From positions 23,560,001 through 23,624,000 of the forward strand of contig OZ024741.1 of the NCBI GenBank assembly GCA_964016885.1: a DNA stretch of 64,000 nt, read 5' to 3'. The translations under genes and the position numbers were made by a program. The notes below the pieces were generated by a model. It did no database searches. It saw only the letters and a list, made by a program, of their open reading frames with translations, and was not told where the DNA came from. How positions within the stretch are numbered: the stretch's first letter is position 1; the number at the start of each line of letters is the position of its first letter. Shown here piece after piece: positions 1 through 9,589 of the stretch. Source of the stretch: Eledone cirrhosa (taxonomy: Eukaryota).

Positions 1-225
1 AGAGATTACAGCTCCAGATGGTTAGAATGTCACAGGAAACATACACTGGACAGATTTTACAGGCAAAAACCAACCGACAGGAGACCCAGGGGTAGGCTCC
101 AAGCAAGATGGTTGGATAACATCCATGAACTTGGCTGATCTTGCTAGGAGATTCAGCCAGATCAGTTGGAGATGGAAGGAGTATTTGAGGACTCTTCCCC
201 CACAGCCCTCTCAGGAATAAGTGGG
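1..225 (+). mobile_element. Decayed 3' end of an RTE-clade LINE ORF
   Basis: Frameshifted translation RLQLQMVRMSQE..QILQAK..PTG.RPRGRLQARWLDNI resembles the RTE C-terminal motif R.RW.GHV.RM...GRR.RGRP...W.D. Confidence 0.5.
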
Positions 226-672
226 ACAAGAAGGTAATTGCCATCATCTTGAAAAACAAAACTGTATTTCAAAAGTGTATCTTAACAGCTTTAGAAATGG
301 ATTATGTTTGAGTTTAAGAGGAAAGTGAAATTTTATTTCATATTTTAATATTTAACTTTTTTGATCTGAACCTGACTGAAACTGCTCCTGCTTTTAGAAT
401 ACAAAACTGACCATTTTACAATACTCAAAGGAAAGTAGAGAATTATATATGATTATATATAATTGCCACGTCTTTTCAGAATTAGCTCAATGTGTTTATG
501 TATTATATTGGTTTAAAGAAAATCCCATCAATATACTTGTGCCTCAGAGGGGAACTTTCTAGGTGCAAATCCCATGGTCATATATATATATACACACATG
601 CAATTTCAGTAAAAATAGTGTAAATATTCTCTTAGAGGAACTATGTAGACATTAACATAAATGAAATCTCAC

Positions 673-742
673 CTGGTTCTATAATATGAAGATGAAGAAT
701 AATCTGAAAGACCTCCATCACTTGAGTCACCAGATCTGTCAA
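673..742 (-). CDS. CCDC61: CCDC61-like internal exon (6th seen), (V)DRSGDSSDGGLSDYSSSSYYRT
   Basis: Acceptor tctttcttctccag, donor gtgaga. 70 nt, phase 1 in and phase 2 out, no stop. Phase matches exon 1548-1612. Confidence 0.8.
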
Positions 743-873
743 CTGGAGAAGAAAGACATTTTAAACAATGGAATATAGGGGTACAGACATAGCTGTAAAA
801 ATAATGAGTCACCAGATATGTCAACTGGAGAAGAAAAACATTATAACAATATAGGGGTACAGATATGGCTGTA
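723..873. repeat. Local tandem duplication, period 82 bp (723-797 and 805-873)
   Basis: tgagtcaccagat(c/a)tgtcaactggagaagaaa...ataggggtacaga..gctgta occurs twice and includes the splice acceptor of exon 673-742. Confidence 0.9.
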
Positions 874-1030
874 TATATAAGGAGTTTGCTTCACAATCGC
901 ATGGTTTTCAGTTCAGTCTCATTGCAGAGCTTTTGGGCGCAAATGTCTTCTATTACTGTCTAAGGTTGATCAATGCTTTGTAAGTGAAGTTTGGTAGATG
1001 GAAACTACAGAAGCCTATTTCATGTGTCTG
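855..1030 (+). mobile_element. Decayed tRNA-derived SINE head/body (octopus OK-like)
   Basis: ggtacagatatggctgt..gtttgcttc..catggttt..gttcagtc..ttgggc..tgtcttcta..tttggtagatggaaact..agaagcc resembles the recalled octopus OK SINE. Confidence 0.6.
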
Positions 1031-1124
1031 ATGACTCTGTTATAAACAGGCAAAACTCCAGTGTAATATGACTCACTATTTAACCTTAATAAAATGAATA
1101 TATATATGTGTGTGTATATATGTA

Positions 1125-1322
1125 TGTAAAGTGGTCATGTAGGTGTCATGATAAAAATCACCCAGATCACACTGTAAAGTGGTCATGTAGGAGTCACAAC
1201 AAAAAGCCCCCAGTACACACTGTAAAGTGGTCATGTAGGAGTCACAACAAAAAGCCCCCAGTACACACTGTAAAGTGGTCATGTAGGAGTCACAACAAAA
1301 AGCCCCCAGTACACACTGTAAA
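1125..1322 (+). repeat. 48-bp tandem repeat, about 4 copies, inside a SINE/RTE 3' tail
   Basis: tgtaaagtggtcatgtaggagtcacaacaaaaagcccccagtacacac repeated; it continues into gtgttaggaaagacatccagctgtagaaac. Confidence 0.95.
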
Positions 1323-1490
1323 TGTGATTAGTGTTAGGAAAGACATCCAGCTGTAGAAACCAAGCCAAAATCAATTCTGCATAAGCAAGACATGGTTACC
1401 TGACCTGGCTTTTTTGACAATGGGACAACTCGTTTAACCCATGCTAGCATGGAAAAAATGGATATTAAACAGTAATGACAATGATGATGA
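1323..1490 (+). mobile_element. SINE/RTE-shared 3' tail ending in (ATG)n
   Basis: Same tail as 8760-8930 and the reverse complement of the RTE 3' UTRs at 4394-4540 and 6262-6420. Confidence 0.75.
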
Positions 1491-1547
1491 CACACATGTG
1501 TGAGTGGAGCAATGAAATAAAGAGGAAAGGGTCCCTTAGATACCTAC

Positions 1548-1612
1548 CTTTCCTCTGACATTTGTATAATTTCTGGGATCTGTTGGTACTTTTTCCAGAC
1601 TTGCGGCAGTTA
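1548..1612 (-). CDS. CCDC61: CCDC61-like internal exon (5th seen), NCRKSGKSTNRSQKLYKCQRK
   Basis: Acceptor ttgtctttatatttaaag, donor gtaggt. 65 nt, phase 2 in and phase 1 out, bridging the flanking exons in frame. Confidence 0.75.
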
Positions 1613-2103
1613 CTTTAAATATAAAGACAACAAATTCAAATTATGTAGTTCTATATATTTAAGATGAGTTATAAGATTAGAATTCTTCTGATTATTAACC
1701 TCAGAGATGCAAACTTCCTTGTTCTGTTGATGAATTATCCCATTCTACATAATGATATAATTCTCCTTGCATATATTTTGCTCATCTCAAGGGAATGTCC
1801 TCATGCTACAATTATGTCTTTCTATTTTTTAAAGGCAATATTTGGCTGTAATGTTTTTTTTTTTACTTCTGTGTCTACAGATTGGTATTTCTTAGTTTCA
1901 GATGAGCCCACTTAAGGTGAAAGCAGAAATTATTTGTTTAAACTTTTAATCTGCTCTAATAATCTGTCATATATATATATATATATATATATATTCCATT
2001 ATAACAAATTTTTCAGTATAACAAAATCTTTTTAATCCCCAGCCACAAGCTTGTTACAACAATTTTTTTCTATACTCTGTGAATTTCATTGACAGAATTT
2101 CAC

Positions 2104-2141
<38 letters not shown>

Positions 2142-2241
2142 TAGATAGATATATAGATATATATATATAGAGAGAGATAGATAATGGTGATGATGCCGCT
2201 ACTGATGACAACAGTGATGATGATGAAAAAGCAATACTTAC

Positions 2242-2311
2242 TTTTGACTTTCCTCTTTTTTTCTTTCTTGTTCTTTAATATAAGCTGTTGGGTCAAACCT
2301 CCGAAATGTTG
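2242..2311 (-). CDS. CCDC61: CCDC61-like internal exon (4th seen), (T)TFRRFDPTAYIKEQERKKEESQ
   Basis: Acceptor tttatttcttgtctgcag, donor gtaagt. 70 nt, phase 1 in and phase 2 out. RFDPTAYIKEQERK matches the recalled CCDC61 motif RFDPTAFVKAKERK. Confidence 0.92.
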
Positions 2312-2334
2312 CTGCAGACAAGAAATAAAGACAA

Positions 2335-2952
2335 TACACACACATATATATATATATATACACATATATATACACACATTATATATACACACACACATTA
2401 TATATATATATACTTGGCAGTATCGGTAGAGGGTCGGACGCCATGCTTTGACGCATAGAGTTACGGCCCTTGCTATTCTAAGTTCAAATACCGCCGAGGT
2501 TAACTTTGCCTTTCATCCTTACGGGGTCGATAAAATAAAGTACCAGTAATGCACAGGGTAATTGCTGGCCTTGTGCCAAAAGTAGAAACAATTATATATA
2601 TGTACACACATTATATATATATATACACACACACACACACATTATATATCTATATACACACACATATATATATACACACACACATTTTATATATACACAC
2701 ATTATATATATACATACACACATTATATATACACACACACACACACACATTATATATCTATACACACACATGCATTATATATATATACCCACACACTATA
2801 TACACACATTATATATATATACACACACAGACACACATATTATATATATACACACACACATTATATATATACACATACAGACACATTATATATATATATA
2901 TATACACACACGCACATATATATACACACATTATATATACACGCACATTATA
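2335..2952. repeat. Compound (TA)n(CA)n microsatellite, interrupted by a SINE
   Basis: Repeated ttatatatatacacacaca units. Confidence 0.9.
2415..2594 (+). mobile_element. tRNA-derived SINE with Nin/Deu-like central domain (octopus OR-type)
   Basis: A-box-like tggcagtatcggtag, B-box-like gttcaaatacc, core actttgcctttcatccttacggggtcgataaaataaagtaccag, tail ggccttgtgccaaaagtagaaac. Confidence 0.75.
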
Positions 2953-2959
2953 TATCTTG

Positions 2960-3380
2960 TCCTCTCCTATGACTTCACCCGCCTCTCATCTTTGTTCTCG
3001 TCCCCGCTTCAACACTTGTCCTTTCATTTCCGCCCTCACCACTCTCACAGGCCCTAACGGGTCACTCCGTATCTGCCACTGCTTCACCTGCACCTCCACC
3101 CACGTTGTCTATGGCCTCCAGTGTTCCCTTTGCGGGTCCTTATACATCAGATAAACGGGACACCGTTTGGTGGACCGTTTTGCTGAGCATTTGAGGGACA
3201 TACGACTCAGTTTCGATACTCCCAGATACTCCTGTCACCTGTCATTTCCGTTCTCCTGGTCACTCTTCCCTACATGTCTCAGTCCTGGGTGTCCTTTTAC
3301 ATCACAGATCACAGGCCTCGCACACCAGGACTGAACAGAGTCTGATTTACCACTTGGGTCCAGTTACCCTCAACTCAACA
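2960..3380 (+). mobile_element. Penelope-like element fragment, GIY-YIG endonuclease pseudogene
   Basis: CSRPRFNTCPFI..TGP..FTCTSTHVVYGLQCSLCGSLYIR*TGHRLVDRFAEHLRDI: VVY..CxxC..YI(G)xT.R..RF.EH signature, with a stop. Confidence 0.85.
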
Positions 3381-4014
3381 CCCCTCCCCAATTTCTTTAA
3401 TACCCCATCTGTTGTCACACATGTGCTTGTACATTTACCCCTAGATTCCTATGGCTCTCTTATAGGCAGAAACATATACTCTTACAGCTAATACAGACCA
3501 ACAAAATATGCACACTCCCCTTTTCCCTTCACAGCTCTGTGTACACACACACATACACATCCTTATATTAACATACTTTTGCTCATAGCTTCATACTTAC
3601 AAGCACACACACACTCTTTTACTTACATATACAGACACATATCTTCTTAGCTTCGTACGGACGTATAATAACACACACACACAAGTATAGCTCTTTATAC
3701 AAAACGTTTTTTTTCCATTTCAGGTAGACGTGCTCCATCATCCACTTTTCTAAAGAAATAAATCATACACAAAACGCCAGCATCAACAGTTTTCCAAGAG
3801 ATGGCAACATGAATGGACCTGTTATTTTTATCTAAAGATATTTTTTCCAATTCCACCCCGCCTGTCCATTCAATCTATCTTATTTCTCATTCTTTCTTCT
3901 GATGAAGTATATAGATGGAAAAATTATCTTTTAAATCATATTTTATTTCTTACACATGTTTCATTAGCAGTGGGTTTTGTTAGAAATAAGTTAAGAAAGG
4001 GGCAAAAGACTTAC

Positions 4015-4295
4015 TGTACGGTGAGGGAGTACGACTCATGTAATTTTTCTGGGAACCAGTGGAATTCCCACTGTTTCTTGAAGAATTCAGATTGTCATGG
4101 CAACGAGAGTAGACTGTGTCCCTGGAAGAACATTTCCTTTCTCTAGAATTAGATTGTTTCCGATGTATTGTTGGACGCTCACAGGAACTATTTCGCTCTC
4201 GAGATGAAGAACGGTTCCGTAAACTCATACAATTAAGGCTTTCACAAGAGGAAGACTGCTCATATCGAGAGCTGCGTGCAGAATTATTTCGGTTT
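4015..4295 (-). CDS. CCDC61: CCDC61-like internal exon (3rd seen), Ser/Arg-rich, NRNNSARSSRYEQ...RSSSRERNSSCER...SRTPSPY
   Basis: Acceptor tatttctttctag, donor gtaagt. 281 nt, phase 2 in and phase 1 out, open. SSSRER and PSP ahead of RFDPTA parallel CCDC61. Confidence 0.9.
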
Positions 4296-4334
4296 CTAGA
4301 AAGAAATATATGTATATATATATATGGGTGTGTG

Positions 4335-4393
<59 letters not shown>

Positions 4394-4396
<3 letters not shown>

Positions 4397-6213
4397 CATC
4401 ATCGTTTAACGTCCATGTTCCACGCTTGCATGGGTTTGGACGGGAGTTTTCCCACTTGAGGCAAGAGTGGTTGTCTTGTTCGCATAGGACTGTCTGGCGA
4501 GTTTTCTACAGCTGGATGCCCTTCCTAACACCAACCACATTTACAGTGTGGGACTGGGAGGTTTTTACCGTGTTGCCTACACGGCCACATTACAGCGTGG
4601 ACTGTGTGTTTTTTTGTCGTGACACCTACACGATCTCATTTGTTTCGGCCTGGATGTTGTGCCACCAACATAACTTTACATTGAAAGGGGCGGTGTGGAT
4701 GTGGTGGGGGTGGTGGGACGGGGGTGTATTTTGTTAGAGATGCCTACTGACTGTAGTAGGTTTTACTTTGTATTTAGGTAAGGCGGGTCTTCTCTATTAC
4801 TGAGTACCGCCAAAGATCTCGGTCCAGTGACATTGTCTTGGAGAGGTGTAAGTGTGTGAGGTCGGAATTTATCAGGTCGTCCCAGGTTTTTCTGGGTCTG
4901 CCTACTCCGTGGCTACCGTCTATCTTTATTGCCCTGCACTTTTTTATACAGCTGTAGTCTTTCATGCGCATCACGTGACCATACCAACGTAGCCTTCTCT
5001 CGAGTAAACAACATCTGATCCCTCTTATTTCTAATTTTCCCCTTAGTTCGTTTATGCTTTGCCGTTCACGTATATTACTATTACACATGCAGCGGAGCAT
5101 GCAAGCTTCGTTCCTCTCTAGTCTGCGTATATCCTCTGCACACAATGCCCAGGTCTCACTGCCATGCAACATTGCTGTTCGTATGCAGGCTTCATACAGC
5201 CTGCCTTTCATTTTTAGGGAGAACCCTTTAGCGGCTAATAGTGGTATAAGCTCTCTGAACTTTTTCCATCCAGTTTTGACTCTAGCTACTGTACTTTCAG
5301 AGCACCCTCCCCCACTGCTGATTTTGTCACCCAGGTAACGGAAGCTGTCCACTATTTCTATAGAACCCTCTGCGCAATTGAAAGAGCTAGTATTTTGTGG
5401 GCACTTGTTGCTACTTATTGCACCAGAGCACCGGCCACATGTAAAATCTATGTTCTTAGTTAGCTTACCTGTGATCCCACTACATCTTTTATGCACCCAT
5501 ATTTTGCATTTGGGACATAAAATGGAGTTTCTACGTACGCCTTTCCTACATACTGAGCATGGCCATTTCCCGGAAGGGACTGGCGCCTTATTTTCTTTCC
5601 TTCAAACTAGAACTTTAGTCTTAGCTAGGTTAATTTTAAGGCCTTTTGATTCTAGGCCGTGCTTCCATGTTTGGAATTTCTTCTCTAGCTCGGCCATTGA
5701 TTCAGCTATGAGCGTTAGATCATCTGCATATAGGAGTTCCCATGGGCAGCCGGTCTTGAACTCCACTGTTATAGCCTGAAGGGCAATAATAAATAGTAGG
5801 GAGCTAAGAACAGAGCCCTGATGAACACCAACTTTTACGCTAAACTCTTCACTATATTCATTGTTAATTCTAACCTTGCTGACTGTTTCTTTTATACATG
5901 GGTTGTATAGCTCTCACAAGCCATTCATCAACAGCTAGTTTTCTAAGAGCGCACCAGATAATGGAACGGGGGACTCTGTCGAAGACTTTCTCCAAGTCGA
6001 CAAAAGCTAAGTATAGGGGTTTACTTTTAGCTAGGTACTTCTCCTGTAGTTGTCGTACAATGAAAAGAGCGTCTGTGGTACTTTTGCCTGACACAAACCC
6101 GAACTGCATTTCATCTAGATCAATTCTCTCTCTGATTAGTTGCGCTATTACTTTTTCCATGACCTTCATGACCTGGTCGATTAATTTAATGCCTCTATAG
6201 TTACTCCTATCTA
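4394..6213 (-). mobile_element. 5'-truncated RTE LINE, copy A (RT, PHD finger, C-terminus, 3' UTR, (ATG)n tail)
   Basis: ORFs 5870-6169 (QFGF..KSTTDA..AFVDLEK.FD) and 4774-5496 (FRYLG..RLRWYGHVMRM..GRPRKTW), YADD near 5720-5735, frameshifted. Confidence 0.95.
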
Positions 6214-6222
6214 TATATATAT

Positions 6223-6254
<32 letters not shown>

Positions 6255-6261
6255 ATATTAT

Positions 6262-8087
6262 ATCATCATCATCATCATCATCATCATCGTTTAACGTCCA
6301 TTCCACGCTTGCATGGGTTTGGACGGGAGTTTTCCCACTTGAGGCAAGAGTGGTTGTCTTGCTCGCATAGGACTGTCTGGCAGGTTTTCTACGGCTGGAT
6401 GCCTTTCCTAACACCAACCACGTTTACAGTGTGGAACTGGGAGGTTTTTACCGTGTTACCTACACGGCCACATTACAGCGTGGACTGTGTGTTTTTTTGT
6501 CGTGACACATACACGACCTCATTTGTTTCGGGCTGGATGTTGTGGTACCAAGATAACTTTACATTGAAAGGGGTAGTTTGGATGCGGTGGGGGTAGTAGG
6601 ACGGGGGTGTATTTTGTTAGAGGTGCCTACTGACTGTAGTAGGTTTCACTTTGTACTTAGGTAAGGCAGGTCTTCTCTATTACTGTGTAGCGCCAAAGGT
6701 CTCGGTCCAGTGACATTGTCTTGGAGAGGTGTAAGTGTGTGAGGTCGGAATTTATCAAGTCGTCCCAGGTTTTTCTGGGTCTGCCTACTCCGTGGCTACT
6801 GTATATTTTTTATTGCCCTGCACTTTTTTATACAGCTGTCGTCTTTCATGCGCATCACGTGACCGTACCAACGTAGTCTTCTCTCGAGTAAACAACATCT
6901 GAACCCTCTTATTTCTAATTTTTCCCTTAGTTCGTTTATGCTTTGCCGTTCACGTATATTACTATTACACATGCAGCGGAGCATGCAAGCTTCGTTCCTC
7001 TCCAGTCTGCGTATATCCTCTGCACACAATGCCCAGGTCTCACTGACATGCAACATTGCTGTTCGTATGCAGGCATCATACAGCCTGCCTTTCATTTTTA
7101 GGGAGAACCCTTTAGCGGCTAATAGTGGTATAAGCTCTCTGAACTTTTTCCATCCAGTTCTGACTCTAGCTACTGTACTTTCAGAGCACCCTCCCCCACT
7201 GCTGATTTTGTCACCCAGGTAACGGAAGCTGTCCACTATTTCTATAGAACCATCTGTGCAATGGAATGAGCTAGTATTCTGTGGGCACTTGCTGCTACTT
7301 ATTGCACCAGAGCACCGGCCACATATAAAATCTATGTTCTTAGTTAGCTTACCTGTGATCCCACTACATCTTTTATGCACCTATATTTTGCATTTGGGAC
7401 ATAAAATGGAGTTTCTACCTACTCCATTCCTACACACTGAGCATGGCCATTTCCCGGATGGGACCGGCGCCCTATTTTCCTTCCTACAAGCTAGAACTTT
7501 AGTCTTAGACAGGCCTTTTGATTCTAGGCCATGCTTCCATGTTTGGAATTTCTTCTCTAGTTAGGCCATTGATTCAGCTATGAGCGTTAGATCATCTGCG
7601 TATAGGAGTTCCCATGGGCAGCCGGTCTTGAACTCCACTGTTATAGCCTGAAGGGCAATAATAAATAATAGAGGGCTAAGAACGGAGCCCTGATGAACAC
7701 CAACTTTTACACTTAACTCTTCACTATATTCATTGTTAATTCTAACCTTGCTGACTGTTTCTTTATACATGGGTTGTATAGCTCTCACAAGCCATTCATC
7801 AACACCTAGTTTTCTAAGAGCCCACCAAATAATGGAACGGGGGACTCTGTCGAAGGCTTTCTCCAAGTCGACAAAAGCTAAGTATAGGGGTTTACTTTTA
7901 GCTAGGTACTTCTCCTGTAGTTGTCGTACAATGAAAAGAGCATCTGTGGTACTTTTACCTGACATAAACCCGAACTGCATTTCATCTAGATCAATTCTCT
8001 CTCTGATTAGTTGCGCTATTACTTTTTCTGTGACCATCATGACCTGGTCGATTAATTTAATGCCTCTATAGGGCATCTCCTTTACCC
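6262..8087 (-). mobile_element. 5'-truncated RTE LINE, copy B, near-identical to copy A
   Basis: ORF 7561-8070 (GVHQGSVLSPLLF, CPWELLYADD) and ORF 6796-7380; same 3' UTR as copy A. Confidence 0.95.
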
Positions 8088-8099
8088 TATATATTATAT

Positions 8100-8511
8100 A
8101 TGCATGGTAGTGAGACATGGGCAGCAACTGCAGAGCATATGCGACGGCTGGAGAGAAATGAGGCAAGCATGCTTCGTTGGATGTGTAGTGTAAATGTGCG
8201 TGAACGACCCACCATAAATGTGTTGAGAGAGAAACTGTGTACGGGAGAGGAGACTGAGGTGGTATGGACATGTGATGCGCATGGAGGATGACTGATGGGT
8301 GAAGAAGTGCCAGGAAATGCCAGTTGAAGGAAGACGTGGTAGAGGCAGACCACGAAAAATATGGGCGGAGGTGGTGAGAGCAGACCTCAGATCATTGAAG
8401 CTCACGGTGGAGATGATGAAGGACCGTGACGAGTGGAGAGATGCTGTGCTGAAATAGATCCGTCCCACCCTTGCAAGCAGGGAAAAGCGGACATAAAATG
8501 ATGATGATGAT
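8100..8511 (+). mobile_element. 3' fragment of a second RTE family
   Basis: Highly similar to 12307-12730 (HGSETWAATAE..WVKKCQEMPVEGRRGRGRP) and ends in atgatgatgat. Confidence 0.9.
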
Positions 8512-8739
8512 ATATATATGTGATGATGATGATTTATATATAAGATTTTAATAAAACGTATTTAAGTGAATTATGACTGTTGCATTAGACTAACAAGAAT
8601 ATTCCATCCCTGTTAGAATAACTCCTCAGAATCAATCAAATACAAATTAATATCGCACATGTTCTAGAATTCCAGAGAAAGAGCGAAAAACGAATGCTAG
8701 CGTGGAAAATGGACATTAAATGATGATGATATTGATATA

Positions 8740-8930
8740 TAGCACCCAGCACACACTGTAAATGAGGTTGGTGTTAGGAAGGGCATCCAGCTGTAGAAAT
8801 CAAGCCAGAATCAGTTCCCGTATGAACAAGACAAGGTCAGCTGACTGGACACTGCCCACAACAGGACAACCCGTCTAACCTATGCTAGCGTGGAAGAACG
8901 GACGTAAAACGGTGATGATGATGATGATGA
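8740..8930 (+). mobile_element. SINE/RTE-type 3' tail
   Basis: agcacccagcacacactgtaaatgaggttggtgttaggaagggcatccagctgtag...tatgctagcgtggaagaacggacgtaaaac then (GAT)n. Confidence 0.75.
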
Positions 8931-9001
8931 CATATATATACGAAGGTATAAAGAACTTTGAGATTTGAGGCATAAACATAAAACAATGAACTGAAAAGAC
9001 T

Positions 9002-9033
<32 letters not shown>

Positions 9034-9081
9034 GTAAAATCCTGACCATGGTGCTAAGCTGTTTCAGCTTGTGTATTTTAA

Positions 9082-9335
9082 CCGGGCTGGATACCCGATC
9101 GCACAGTTAAACCACTGGGGGGTGAAGGACCTCTGGCCCTTGTCAGGGCATTCTTCTAGGAGAAGGCATCTCAGGAAACTGGGTTAACTCCGGCATAAAA
9201 CCTGCGGCTCAGTAGTTACCGATGATGTTGATCTTTTCGGGTTATAGCTACTGTCGCTCAGAGAGTGGGATTGGGTCAGTGCACAGTCTTTCCTCACTTT
9301 AAAAATATTCTTCATGCACAGGCATTGCACGATAG
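9082..9335 (+). mobile_element. GC-richer interspersed repeat, possibly an RTE 5' UTR or SINE
   Basis: agggca..ctaggagaagg resembles recalled RTE 5' UTRs; hairpin cagtagtta-ccga...tcgg-..tagctactg at 9210-9254. Confidence 0.4.
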
Positions 9336-9589
9336 AATTAATTAGTAATTATTAATAGTGTTATTATTATTGTTATGACCATGCTGTAAAATGGAGGGGT
9401 AGAGAGGGCCCATGAGTTCAGTAAGACATCCTCTCTAGTGCTGGTGATAGAATAAAAGCACCCAGTCCATGCTGTAAAGTGGCACTGGTGTTAGGAAGGA
9501 TATCCAACCAGTGTATTAATGCCAAAACAATTATGAGCACAACAACAAATATATATCGCAATAACTGCGTAAACAGCAATAACACTAAC

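Noticed and set aside
345-390. Possible terminal CCDC61 exon after a ctaaaag acceptor
   Set aside because: Weak pyrimidine tract, stop after about 14 codons, no similarity to the recalled C-terminal motif EIDARL..LQ.
2054-2429. Hydrophobic ORFs 2054-2398 and 2184-2429
   Set aside because: Microsatellite-derived; the real exon here is in another frame.
3898-3925. Hammerhead ribozyme downstream of the Penelope fragment (CTGATGA...GGAAA)
   Set aside because: Stems II and III do not pair convincingly; at most a decayed relic.
8570-8640. Minus-strand CTGAGGAG plus hairpin as a hammerhead
   Set aside because: The GAAA core is missing.
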